The notes beneath the pieces are model-generated. The model ran no database searches. It was not told where the DNA came from and saw only the letters and a list, made by a program, of their open reading frames with translations. This document shows, one piece after another, positions 9,388 to 19,245 of a stretch of 64,000 bases of DNA; the stretch's first letter is position 1, and the number at the start of each line of letters is the position of its first letter. A program made the translations under genes and the position numbers. This DNA is from an uncultured Acidobacteriota bacterium (GTDB lineage: Bacteria; Acidobacteriota; Blastocatellia; RBC074): positions 32,001-96,000 of the forward strand of contig CAWCKY010000007.1 of assembly GCA_963796275.1 (NCBI GenBank), read 5' to 3'.

Positions 9388-11332
9388 TGAAGCTCTATCA
9401 CCACCCAACATAACAATGTTTTCATTACCACTTATGACTGACTTGCGGCATAGACCGGGCGCCGCCAACAGACCCGTCCCGAACCCTGATGCCGATGTAA
9501 AAAGGGCGATCGGATTTCTGCGCGAGCGATGCGCCCCGAATGGATTTCCCTCTTTTGTTTCCCCAGATCCCGGCTTTTCTTCGCAGGTCGAGTCCGCCGA
9601 AGAAGTGTTCACGTCCATGCTGATTCTGCGCTCATTTGATGACTGTGGCCTGGACGCGCCAGGTGAGAAACGTCAACTTGAGAGAGTTTGTCGGTCTTTC
9701 ACTCGGCAGGGTTTCGTTCACTTTTTTGCGGACCGCGGCATGCTCGCGGCGGACGTCGACTGCACAGCGGCGGGGATCGAGCTGGCGCTCAAGCGCGGCA
9801 TATCGCTGGCTTTCGACGTCAAGCGCGTACTGGATGTCATTGCCGCGAACGTCGACGATTCCGGTGTGCTATGCGTCTATCTCGATCCCGATGAAAGTCG
9901 AAAGGATCGCGTGGACGCGGCCGTCTGCGCCAACACGCTCTACCTCTTTTATATGCTCGGCCGCGAAGCCGATCTGAAGGCTTCCGAGCAATACGTCTGG
10001 AATCAACTTACGGGGATCCGGTTCTCGGAGGGAACGCGCTATTACCCGTCCCCTGACATTTTCCTGCTGTTCCTGTCACGACTGCTCGCTGATTTTGAAC
10101 GCTCCCGAGCCCGTTTTGCAGCTGCGGTGGAATGGCGGATTCGCGAACGACTCGGCCTGCCCGGATCGAATGTCGAGCTTTCCGCACGCGTGACAGCGGC
10201 GTGGAAAGTGGGGTTACACGCGGAGCGGGAGTTGGATGAACTCGCGCGTGCCCAGAGAGTCGACGGCTCGTGGCCGGCCGCGCCCTGCTTCCGATTCGGA
10301 CGCCGGCCGGTGTATTTCGGCGGGGAGAGCCTTTCCACAGCCTGGGGCGCATGCGCCCTGATGATCGGTTCGCGGCGCCTTCCACGCACGGCGCTCGCGA
10401 GAGAAGTCGTCATGGACGGCTCCGGCGGATCGCGACTCAGCGAGCGGATCACCTATCCGTTTGGTTGTTTCGAATTGAATGCGGATCAGATTGAGCTGGT
10501 CCGAGACGAACTTGCCAGCCTGTCCGATCGCTACCAGCTCTTCGAGGGGCGGGAGGAGTGGAATCACATCCTCCTGACCTTCATCACCTATTGCTCCGCA
10601 CGCAGCCCCGAGGACGACGCCCTACGTCTGCTCTGTCATTTTCTGTATATGACGGTGTTTTTTAACGAGGCCCGCTCGCGGGGGCTGAATCGGGATTTAG
10701 CGCTCAACTACGCGGGAATTATGAGAGGCGGGCAAGCGCGCGCTTCCCATCCCGTACTCAGTGCCGCGCGAGATTTCCGTCTGCGGTTCGATCGGCTGCT
10801 CGCGGCGAAGGAGAGCGACGCCTCGGCCTTTTTCCATTACTTCGGTCTCAACATCTCCTCCTTCTTGCGAGACGCGACGGCCGACCATTCCGATCCTCGC
10901 GACCCGCGCACATCCCTGTGGGTGCGATTACACTCCATTTCCGCCCTTGCCTACTTCCAATTCTGGAAACTGCTTCTCAGGGTCGGCGCGCGCGAGGAAC
11001 TGCCTCACGCCACTGACATCTTCCGGTGTGAAATGCTGTCGGCCAGAATTCAAAGCCTCGCTAACGATATCTGTTCTATCGAAAGGGACGCGCGCGAGGA
11101 CTCTCTGAATATAGTATCCGTAGTTGCCCAGCGCGAGAACATTCCGTACAAGCTGGCGTTGAGTACGGTTCGACGATGGCACGACGACGCCGTAACGGAG
11201 TACGCCGACGCCACCCGCCGCGCGAGCAAGGTTACTCCGCCAGGCCCGGTTGCCGATTACCTGGAATTCATTGAGTCCTGCACAGCAGGGAACGTGCAGA
11301 GCATGCTTTCCCTTGCGTCCAGGTATTCATAA
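9347..11332 (+). CDS. Bifunctional terpene cyclase: N-terminal class II beta domain (HAD-TC/drimane-cyclase type) fused to C-terminal class I synthase-like alpha domain; start may be 9416 or 9434
   Basis: N-half: HFFADRGMLAADVDCTA, RVDAAVCANTLYLF, GTRYYPSPDIFL, AQRVDGSW, YFGGESLSTA. Linker MDGSGGS. C-half: ITYPF, WVRLHSISA, NDICSIERDARE (NSE), LNIVSV and terminal SRYS; the DDxxD site is degenerate (FFNEA). Confidence 0.8.
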   Translation: MSRATAPPHSGDVDEALSPPNITMFSLPLMTDLRHRPGAANRPVPNPDADVKRAIGFLRERCAPNGFPSFVSPDPGFSSQVESAEEVFTSMLILRSFDDCGLDAPGEKRQLERVCRSFTRQGFVHFFADRGMLAADVDCTAAGIELALKRGISLAFDVKRVLDVIAANVDDSGVLCVYLDPDESRKDRVDAAVCANTLYLFYMLGREADLKASEQYVWNQLTGIRFSEGTRYYPSPDIFLLFLSRLLADFERSRARFAAAVEWRIRERLGLPGSNVELSARVTAAWKVGLHAERELDELARAQRVDGSWPAAPCFRFGRRPVYFGGESLSTAWGACALMIGSRRLPRTALAREVVMDGSGGSRLSERITYPFGCFELNADQIELVRDELASLSDRYQLFEGREEWNHILLTFITYCSARSPEDDALRLLCHFLYMTVFFNEARSRGLNRDLALNYAGIMRGGQARASHPVLSAARDFRLRFDRLLAAKESDASAFFHYFGLNISSFLRDATADHSDPRDPRTSLWVRLHSISALAYFQFWKLLLRVGAREELPHATDIFRCEMLSARIQSLANDICSIERDAREDSLNIVSVVAQRENIPYKLALSTVRRWHDDAVTEYADATRRASKVTPPGPVADYLEFIESCTAGNVQSMLSLASRYS

Positions 11333-12198
11333 TGTGGGTTAAGTTTAAAACCTGTCTACCAGGAAAATGGGTCCTGGTTGGAGAACATGCTGTGATGCGC
11401 GGCGGTATGGCCATCGTCTTCCCTTTCCCGGAAGTGAGCCTCTGCCTCGACTTTGTTCCGCAACGAAGCAAAAAGCTGAAAGTTACTCCGCCGGACGCTG
11501 AGCCAGTGATACATGAGCTACTCAGAACTTATGAAAGTTGGAGGAGTGGGAATGACGGGTTTTCCTTGCCCATGGGCAGCCTGACCATTCAGAGCGATAT
11601 ACCTCAAGGCGCCGGCCTCGGCTCTTCAGCCGCTTTGTGCTCGGCTGTGGCGCGGTGGATCGCCAGCGCCACAGGTCTTCCGTTAACTGAGCTGGCTGAA
11701 CTTGCGCGCTGTTTGGAGTCCCGTTTTCACGGCGCCAGCAGTGGCATGGACATCGCGGTCGTGCTTGCCAATGCGCCGATCGTATTCGAGAAAGGCGGTC
11801 AGCCGCGAATACTGAAGCTCGGGAGAATTCCCCATTTCACTCTGCACGATACGGGGTTGCGGTCGAACACTTCCGATTGTGTCTCACGGGTAAAGACATT
11901 CATAGCCAGAAATCCGAAGAGGGCTACCGCCGTAGACCGGGCGATGGACGCTGCGTCATTCCAAGCGTTGAAAGGGCTATTGAATTACGGCCGCGGTGAA
12001 GAACAGGCCGGGTTGAAGGCGATCGCCGAAGGAATGCGAATGGCGCTTGATTGTTTTGGCGCCTCGAACTGGGACCTGATTTCCGGAGACGAAGAGCGAT
12101 TGATCCGGTCGCTGCTGAACGATGGCGCGTTGGCCGTGAAGCCGACGGGGGCAGGTGGAGGCGGTATGGCACTGGCGCTCTGGGATCGCCCAGGATGA
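11332..12198 (+). CDS. mvk: Mevalonate kinase
   Basis: PGKWVLVGEHAV, PQGAGLGSSAA, FHGASSGMD and KPTGAGGGG. Coupled to the upstream fusion gene by a TAATG overlap. Confidence 0.9.
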   Translation: MWVKFKTCLPGKWVLVGEHAVMRGGMAIVFPFPEVSLCLDFVPQRSKKLKVTPPDAEPVIHELLRTYESWRSGNDGFSLPMGSLTIQSDIPQGAGLGSSAALCSAVARWIASATGLPLTELAELARCLESRFHGASSGMDIAVVLANAPIVFEKGGQPRILKLGRIPHFTLHDTGLRSNTSDCVSRVKTFIARNPKRATAVDRAMDAASFQALKGLLNYGRGEEQAGLKAIAEGMRMALDCFGASNWDLISGDEERLIRSLLNDGALAVKPTGAGGGGMALALWDRPG

Positions 12199-12302
12199 TG
12201 CTAGCGCTCCGACGTTCAGTCGGCCCGTTCTCGGAGTTTATTCAGAGAAATGCTGCGCCTCAGCTGACCGTGTTCCCAGCTGAAAATATTCTTCATCGAA
12301 AT

Positions 12303-12332
12303 ACCGTAAAAAACGGCCTGAAATCGTTATAG
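12303..12332 (+). repeat. 30-bp imperfect direct repeat, copy 2
   Basis: 26/30 identical to 2008-2037. Both copies are also preceded by CTGAAAATATT (1953-1963 and 12280-12290). Confidence 0.7.
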
Positions 12333-12403
12333 GAATGACAAATCGGAATGCACTTCAAAGAGCCTCTTAATGGCTTCTTTCCTGAGCAGCGCGATCGTGA
12401 GGC

Positions 12404-12422
12404 TATCAACTGACAGTTGATA
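12404..12422. promoter_or_regulatory. Perfect palindrome upstream of bioB, possible operator
   Basis: TATCAACTG-A-CAGTTGATA. Confidence 0.35.
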
Positions 12423-12737
12423 AGGTCGCCTGACTCTCGAGATGACTACGGCATTTTGTTAGCTGGCATTCTGTCAATCAACTAATAAACCTATATCAGT
12501 TACTTCGGTTGTTCTGTTAATTTCAGAGCAACCGTTTTTTATGGTGAAACTGATTTGGGACAGATTTCGTCTGCCCCCGTGAGTTGACGGCATCACGTAT
12601 TCGCTTCGAGTTGATTCTGGTGTAGATTGCAGTCGTGTTGATATCTTTTGCCCGGTCTTTATGCCCGGTCACATCGCAAGCCGCAATGATGCGGCCCGTT
12701 CGGCAAGTCGAATATCGATCAAGGAGAAATATTCCGC

Positions 12738-13727
12738 ATGGCTTCAATTGACGTCTCCGTGCTGCGCCACGACTGGACAGTCAGCGAGATCGAACTCATC
12801 TACAATCTACCTTTGCCCGATCTTATCTTTCAGGCTCAGATCGAGCACCGCCGCCATCACAATCCATCAGAGGTACAAGGTTGTACGCTACTCAGTATTA
12901 AGACGGGCGGCTGCCCTGAGGATTGCGCTTACTGCCCGCAATCAGCTCGTTATCAAACCGGCGTCACGCGCCACACACTTCTGAGCGTAGACGAGACGAT
13001 GGATGCGGCCCGTCAGGCTCGCGAGCAAGGCGCGACCCGCTTCTGTATGGGCGCGGCATGGCGCGACGCGCCACAAGGCAAGGAGTTCGATCGTGTGCTC
13101 GAGATGGTGCGCGGGGTTCGCGCTTTGGGGATGGAGGCATGCTGCACGCTCGGCATGTTGACTGACGAGCAAGCCGAAGCATTGGCCCTCGCGGGGCTGA
13201 CAGCCTACAACCATAACATCGACACAGCGCCGGAGTTCTATGGCTCGATCATCACCACGCGCGCTTACGAAGATCGACTGGCGACACTGGCGCATGTCCG
13301 GCGCGCCGGCGTCACCGTGTGCTGTGGCGGCATCATCGGGATGGGTGAATCCTGCGGGGATCGTTACGGTCTGCTGCAACAACTCGCCAGCCAGCGCCCG
13401 CATCCCGAGAGTGTGCCGATCAATCTGTTGGTACGTGTGGAGGGCACGCCGCTGGCCGAACAACCTGACACCGATCCCATAGAACTGGTGAGGATGATCG
13501 CTACCGCGCGCATTCTGATGCCGGTCTCGATGGTGAGATTAAGCGCCGGCCGGCTCGCGCTCTCGGACGAAGCGCAGGCGCTCTGTTTTCTGGCCGGCGC
13601 CAATTCGATCTTTATGGGCGACCGGCTGCTGACCACGCCCAATCCAGAGCACAATCGCGACCAGGCATTGCTCGGCCGACTCGGGTTGCGCCTTCGATCG
13701 ACACCGAGCCAGGCTTCGGATGAGTGA
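12738..13727 (+). CDS. bioB: Biotin synthase
   Basis: Radical SAM motif [11 protein letters not shown], plus [24 protein letters not shown] and GANSIF. RBS AAGGAG. Confidence 0.97.
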   Translation: MASIDVSVLRHDWTVSEIELIYNLPLPDLIFQAQIEHRRHHNPSEVQGCTLLSIKTGGCPEDCAYCPQSARYQTGVTRHTLLSVDETMDAARQAREQGATRFCMGAAWRDAPQGKEFDRVLEMVRGVRALGMEACCTLGMLTDEQAEALALAGLTAYNHNIDTAPEFYGSIITTRAYEDRLATLAHVRRAGVTVCCGGIIGMGESCGDRYGLLQQLASQRPHPESVPINLLVRVEGTPLAEQPDTDPIELVRMIATARILMPVSMVRLSAGRLALSDEAQALCFLAGANSIFMGDRLLTTPNPEHNRDQALLGRLGLRLRSTPSQASDE

Positions 13728-14139
13728 AGGCTAACGAGCGAGTCTATGTTTCGGCGCCGTTCCGAGGCTGTAGCCACGCCATATTAGTGTTAGGTAAGGT
13801 ATCCATTAGAATCTTTTTTATACCTACATAACTCTTGTTTATTTATCTTCATAACTATAATATCCCCTCGTCTGATACACCAACCATAGCTTCTCTAAGT
13901 TCCATATAACGTCTGCGGCCAATTTTTACGGTTACGAGGCTCGCAACCAACTCGAGTTTCACCTTCACCGTGCGGATTGGACGTGGCGGGTAATGTCTTG
14001 GCTTGAGCAATCAAGTCAAGGGTGTGAACAGACAGGAGAGGGATTCGCAAGCGCCGACTGCGCTAAAAAAACACGCCACTCGGAAAGTAAAAGTGGCTGA
14101 AGCACCCACTACAGGTTCGAAAAACAGGAGGTCACAAGT

Positions 14140-16722
14140 ATGCGTAACACACTCTACCTTTTGCTGGCCGCAGCAATGTTTTTCTCAGCGATCTGGATGT
14201 CTTCGGTGACCGGCGCGTCGAATCAAGGCGCAGCCGGACAGCAACAGATCGAGCCGCCGACCTTGCAGGTACAACCCGTCGGCCTGCCCAACTACGATGT
14301 CCGCGAGGAGCTTCGCGACGCAGCGCCAAGCCGAGTGAATCAATTGGGCGCGGCGGTTGTCGCCACCGATACACAGGCGATGCAGAACGCCATTGAATCT
14401 TTCCGTCAGCGAATTCCTCTCGAGGCGCGTGATAATTTACGTGTGGTGATGAGCGATACGGGTCTGCCGAAAATGGTGTTCAATATTGAGGGGCCGCTCT
14501 CCGTTCCCCAATCGGACCTGCCGGATTCGATCGCGCGCGGTTTTCTCGCCGATCATTCGGCCATGTTCGGACTCGACCGGGGCCAGATCTCCGAGATGAA
14601 ATTGAAGAATGCGGATAACGACAATGGCACGACCTTTTTAAATTACGAACAAACGGTCGACGGCATTCCTGTCTTTCAAGGGGAAGTTCAAGTGGTCGTC
14701 AACGCCAACGGGCAGGTGATCTCTATCAACGAAGGGCTGGTAATTCCCGACCCCCGAATCGATATGGCTCCCAGGCTTTCCGAGAGCGAAGGCATGCAGA
14801 TGGCTTTTCTGCACGCGGGCAGAGTGGCGCCTGCATCGTTCGAGATGATGGAGGACCGGATAGCTAAAGGCGAACGAGCCGTTTATCGAAACCCGTTCGG
14901 TGAGGACCGCGAGAATATTCTCTCTGGTATGAGAATTATGCGCGTCGGGCTGCGAGCCGTACTCGCCTGGCACTCCTACGTGGATGTCGGGGCGAACGAA
15001 TGGTACGAAATCCTGGTCGATGCGAATACGGGAGCGATGCTCTATCGCCACAACCTCTACGCGGACGTCGCCCAGGGAACGGTCTTCCGGGTGAATGGGT
15101 TAGGTCAACGCACGCTCGAATCTTTCGTCGGGGATACGACGATCAACACGGCCGCCGGCTGGATGGGCACTTCGACGGTGACGACAGGCAATAACGTCGA
15201 TGCCTATTTGGACACGAATGCGGATAACCAACCGGATGCGATTACTACCACCGGTATTCAAAACGGACGCGCCTTCTCGTCCATACAGGACTTCACCTTC
15301 CCATTCACACTGGGCATTGATCCTCGGACGCAAAGAGCGGCTGTTTTGGCCAGTCTCTTCTATTTTAATAACATAATGCACGATTTTTCTTACCGGCTCG
15401 GGTTCACTGAATCGGCTGGCAATTTCCAGACGAATAACTTCGGGCGTGGTGGGACCGGCAATGATTCGGTCAGAGCCGAAGCGCAGGATGGATCGGGTAC
15501 CAACAACGCAAACTTTGGGACGCCGCCCGAAGGATCGCGCCCGCGTATGCAGATGTTTCTCTTCACGCGCGGAACGTCTGATCTGAATGATGACCGCGAC
15601 TCCACATTCGACGGCGATGTCGTATTGCACGAGTATGGTCATGGAATTTCGAATCGTCTGGTTGGCGGGCCGGCAAACACGAGCTGTTTGGGCGGAACGC
15701 AAGCGGGCGCTATGGGCGAAGGCTGGTCGGATTACTGGGCTTCCACATTCTATAATAATGGCGTTGTCGGCGAATTTGTCACCAACAATTTGACGCGCGG
15801 CATTCGCCGCGCCGCCTACACGGTTCCGGCGAACCCGGTTCACGATTCTTACGCCGACCTGGGAGTTGGAGGCTTTCAGGTCCATCGCGACGGCGAGGTC
15901 TGGGCTGCGACATTGTGGGATTTACGACAAACGCTGGGCGCCACCATCGCCGACAGGCTGGTCCTGCAAGGAATGAAGTTCACCCCCTGCAGTCCATCCT
16001 ACCTCAATGCTCGCGATGGCATCTTGATGGCTGATCAGAACATCAACGGCGGTGCGAACAGATGCACCATTTGGCGCGTCTTCGCGCGTCACGGGATGGG
16101 CGTCTCGGCCCAAGGGAATAACGGCACCACGCACGTCGCCGCAACCGATATACCGCAGGATTGCAACGGCGGTGGGGGGGCGACGACGATCTTCCTCGAC
16201 AACTTCGAGACTAACCAGGGATGGACGGCCAACCTGAATGGAACCGACACAGCGACGACAGGACAATGGGCGCTTGCTAATCCCGAGACTACAACTTCGA
16301 GCGGAACCAAGCAGCTCGGAACCACTGTCAGTGGGGTGAATGCCCTGGTTACAGGCGCCCTGGCCGGCTCCTCCGCCGGAGTCAATGACTTAGACGGCGG
16401 CGTCACAACCGTCATGTCACCGGCAATCACCTTACAAGGAGGAACCAGCTTCACGCTGACCTTCTCCTATTACCTGGCCCACGGAACCAACTCCTCGACC
16501 GCCGACTTCTTCCGCGTGCGGGTTGTGGTCGGCAGCACCGTAACCACAGTATTCCAGGAACTCGGCGGCACTGAGGACGACGATGCAGTCTGGGCCACCG
16601 GCACGGTGAACCTCAGTCAGTTCGCCGGACAGACGATCCGAATCCTGGTCGAGGCGGCGGACGCCAGCGGCGCAAGCCTCGTCGAAGCAGGCCTTGACGA
16701 CTTGAGGATAACAAGGCAGTAA
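14140..16722 (+). CDS. Secreted M36 (fungalysin) metallopeptidase with FTP propeptide and C-terminal beta-sandwich
   Basis: Signal peptide, GFTESAGNFQ, NNANFGTPPEG, HEYGHGISNRL, GAMGEGWSD and VHRDGEVW. Confidence 0.92.
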   Translation: MRNTLYLLLAAAMFFSAIWMSSVTGASNQGAAGQQQIEPPTLQVQPVGLPNYDVREELRDAAPSRVNQLGAAVVATDTQAMQNAIESFRQRIPLEARDNLRVVMSDTGLPKMVFNIEGPLSVPQSDLPDSIARGFLADHSAMFGLDRGQISEMKLKNADNDNGTTFLNYEQTVDGIPVFQGEVQVVVNANGQVISINEGLVIPDPRIDMAPRLSESEGMQMAFLHAGRVAPASFEMMEDRIAKGERAVYRNPFGEDRENILSGMRIMRVGLRAVLAWHSYVDVGANEWYEILVDANTGAMLYRHNLYADVAQGTVFRVNGLGQRTLESFVGDTTINTAAGWMGTSTVTTGNNVDAYLDTNADNQPDAITTTGIQNGRAFSSIQDFTFPFTLGIDPRTQRAAVLASLFYFNNIMHDFSYRLGFTESAGNFQTNNFGRGGTGNDSVRAEAQDGSGTNNANFGTPPEGSRPRMQMFLFTRGTSDLNDDRDSTFDGDVVLHEYGHGISNRLVGGPANTSCLGGTQAGAMGEGWSDYWASTFYNNGVVGEFVTNNLTRGIRRAAYTVPANPVHDSYADLGVGGFQVHRDGEVWAATLWDLRQTLGATIADRLVLQGMKFTPCSPSYLNARDGILMADQNINGGANRCTIWRVFARHGMGVSAQGNNGTTHVAATDIPQDCNGGGGATTIFLDNFETNQGWTANLNGTDTATTGQWALANPETTTSSGTKQLGTTVSGVNALVTGALAGSSAGVNDLDGGVTTVMSPAITLQGGTSFTLTFSYYLAHGTNSSTADFFRVRVVVGSTVTTVFQELGGTEDDDAVWATGTVNLSQFAGQTIRILVEAADASGASLVEAGLDDLRITRQ

Positions 16723-16727
16723 GGACA

Positions 16728-16810
16728 GAAGATCGAGGATCGAGGATCGAAGAAAAAAGATCGAGGATCGAGAATTTAAACTCACTCAAACTTCTCGATC
16801 CTCGATCCTT
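16728..16810. repeat. GATCGAG heptamer repeats forming a 16-bp-stem hairpin (possible terminator or stabilising element)
   Basis: GATCGAGGATCGAGAA (16759-16774) pairs with TTCTCGATCCTCGATC (16792-16807). Extra tandem units lie at 16731-16750. Confidence 0.7.
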
Positions 16811-17137
16811 GGGCGGATGTCCTTCATCACGTTTCTGCTTATGCGCCCCGGTTCGGATTGCCTGGGGGCATGGCTCAAACTCTCATGCCAAGGTTTTCTG
16901 GGTTCCCCAGCCCGAACAAATTCGACCATTTGTCGGCGGAATTCTGGGGATATGGCGGACGCGATTTATGCAGATGTTGAGGTGCCCAGATAATCGGGTC
17001 AACTTCGCAAGATGAGACTGCTCGACTTGGAGATGCGGAAGTGTAGCTGATATGTCAGGGGGCTAAAGTGGATCGAATAGAGGTGCTCAGGCATCGATAG
17101 CCGCGATCCGTAATTGATGCCTTCGTTGAGGTAATTT

Positions 17138-18028
17138 ATGGTCATCGACAATCTATCACGCCGCTCTTTCCTCCTCGCTTCTTCAGGATTGGTTGCGAGC
17201 GGCACACTCCCACGAGCTACGCAGACGCTCACTGCCGGGCAAGTGATCGATCGCATCAAAGCCAGCGTCGGCATTCCGTGGCGCGCTCAAACGGTTGATA
17301 ACATCATCGCTGGAACGGTGGAGACGCCTGTCAAAGGAATCGCCACCACGATGATGGCGACGCTTGACGTCGTTCAGAGAGCCGCCGCGAGCGGGAAGAA
17401 TATGGTGATCACCCACGAGTCGACTTTCTTCTCGCACCAGGATCGAACCGACCATATCCTTCAGGATCCTACCTATCAATTCAAACTTAATTTCCTGAAC
17501 AAGCACAATATGGTTGTGTTCCATTTCCACGATCATTGGCACGGTCGGCAACCGGACGGAATCGCCATCGGAATGATGAGGGAGTTGGGCTGGGAGAAGA
17601 AGGCCGACCCGGATAACCCTAAGATGTTTACTTTCTCGGAAACCCCGCTCGCGCTACTTGCCCGAGAGATGGAGACGAAGTTGAAGATTCGCACTATGCG
17701 CGTACTTGGCGATCCAAATTTGCCAGTCAAACGCGTGCTTGCGAGTTGGGGGAACCTGAGCCTGATGCCCGGCATTCCCTTTCTTTCGCGACCCGACGTG
17801 GATGTACTGGTGGTCGGGGAGACACACGAGTGGGAACTGGTCGAATACGCTCAGGACGCAATCACCTCAGGGCAAAAGAAAGCCCTTATCGTGCTCGGCC
17901 ATGTTGTGTCGGAGCAAGCAGGAATGAAGTATTGCGCCGAATGGCTGAAAGGCTTCATCAAGGATATCCCAATAGAGTTCGTCGCAGCGCCCGAGCCATT
18001 CTGGACTCCCGGCAACCCGATACGATAA
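17138..18028 (+). CDS. Tat-exported NIF3-like dinuclear metal protein
   Basis: SRRSFL Tat motif, [25 protein letters not shown] and [11 protein letters not shown]. Confidence 0.88.
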   Translation: MVIDNLSRRSFLLASSGLVASGTLPRATQTLTAGQVIDRIKASVGIPWRAQTVDNIIAGTVETPVKGIATTMMATLDVVQRAAASGKNMVITHESTFFSHQDRTDHILQDPTYQFKLNFLNKHNMVVFHFHDHWHGRQPDGIAIGMMRELGWEKKADPDNPKMFTFSETPLALLAREMETKLKIRTMRVLGDPNLPVKRVLASWGNLSLMPGIPFLSRPDVDVLVVGETHEWELVEYAQDAITSGQKKALIVLGHVVSEQAGMKYCAEWLKGFIKDIPIEFVAAPEPFWTPGNPIR

Positions 18029-18268
18029 ATCCCCGCTTGCCTCTCTCATTCTGGAGCCTGCCGTCATCGATAAATGCCTAGTCGGCCCCGCCTAATGCTC
18101 GACCGGATCGATACTTCTGTTGAGTTTATTATTGTCTACCAACTTTGCGAGCTTCACACTTTGAGCTGGGAATTTATCTATCATGGTGCATTCTGCGCTC
18201 AGGCCGGGACTGAAATGGTCAGCATCGCTGTGTAGCAATCTGGTTCGTACGATCACTATCCGTCTGTA

Positions 18269-18360
18269 TGCGTATATTTACCCAACCGGTGCGCAATTTA
18301 ACCCACTTGCTACTCTTTACCTCCTATAATCAGACATTTAAAGCAGGCACACTTTTTGCT
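18269..18360 (+). promoter_or_regulatory. sigma54 promoter with paired upstream 16-bp boxes
   Basis: AGGCACACTTTTTGCT with GG 18346-47, N10, GC 18358-59. Boxes TGCGTATATTTACCCA (18269-84) and TGCGCAATTTAACCCA (18290-305) start 21 bp apart. Confidence 0.65.
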
Positions 18361-18424
18361 CCATAACAGTGTTGGAAAGGACGAGTGCTTGAACTCACGT
18401 GAGCGGTCAAGCATCGACAAAACT

Positions 18425-18799
18425 ATGTATTCCACGCTTCCATCTTGCACTTCAGTTGAGACTCTCGAGTTTAGTGATGAGCTTGAAGGGATAACGCTGC
18501 AGACGTTAAGGCCTTGCGACAGGATCCACGTGCGTACGTGCAACAGCGACTATGATATCTTTCTGATTGAACCCGAGTCCGGTCGCGCGCTGGTGAGAGG
18601 CGGGAAATTTTTTGCTCAGCCGGTGGAGGCGACTGTGAGCGGCTCAACTTTTGGTGGCTGCATGCTCAGAGTAGGCTGGCTCTGCGAAGGGCTGCAGATG
18701 GAGTTCAATGCCAACGGCCGGGCCATAGTGACATCTCCGGTCCAGGAGTTGCGCGTCGAGCGTGGGAGTTTAAATACCGTTGTCTGCAGGGCCTTCTGA
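18425..18799 (+). CDS. Conserved hypothetical protein
   Basis: Clean ORF from ATG 18425 (track start 18356 overlaps the promoter). Globular beta-rich sequence (VRTCNSDY, GRALVRGG, GSTFGG). Confidence 0.65.
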   Translation: MYSTLPSCTSVETLEFSDELEGITLQTLRPCDRIHVRTCNSDYDIFLIEPESGRALVRGGKFFAQPVEATVSGSTFGGCMLRVGWLCEGLQMEFNANGRAIVTSPVQELRVERGSLNTVVCRAF

Positions 18800-18903
18800 C
18801 GCAGTCCAGCTAGCGTTATTTACGACGTCGCCCGTTGGACAAGGGCGCAAACCATTTCCACCGATAATTCTTACCTGATAAATAATCTGGCAAATGCGAA
18901 GAC

Positions 18904-18959
18904 TGTGGATTCAGCCTCAGGCGGTCAGAGTAACACCCCCTGAAGTCGGAACTCCAAAC
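18904..18959. repeat. Degenerate REP-like doublet (same family as 43061-43121)
   Basis: CCCCTGAAGTCGGAACTCCAAAC resembles the reverse complement of GTTTGGAGTTCCGCCTTCAGGCGG. Confidence 0.5.
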
Positions 18960-19245
18960 TCAACTACACAAAGTCCAGGCTGTCTGGGTATTGATCTGCA
19001 AGATTTTTCTATGCACGGCTTTCATTTTTTTGCTGTATGGTAATAGTGCGACTTTGCTATTTTGCCATTCAGTGCTTACAAATACAGGTCTTTTCGCCAG
19101 ACGGTTTTTCGATAGGGATAAGAGTGTCAATAGCACACCGGACATCGATTTCGCCAGCTGAATTCGTTTGCACCAAAGGGGATCGGATCGAGGAGCACGG
19201 CGAGGCACCGCGCCATTCTGGTCGATAAGACAATAAGCGTGCTTC

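Noticed and set aside
12488-12510. AACC-N15-GGTT upstream of bioB as a BirA operator
   Set aside because: The core spacing fits, but the outer TGT/ACA arms are missing, so the match is too weak.
16728-16810. Possible CRISPR array
   Set aside because: 7-bp units with no unique spacers and no cas genes.
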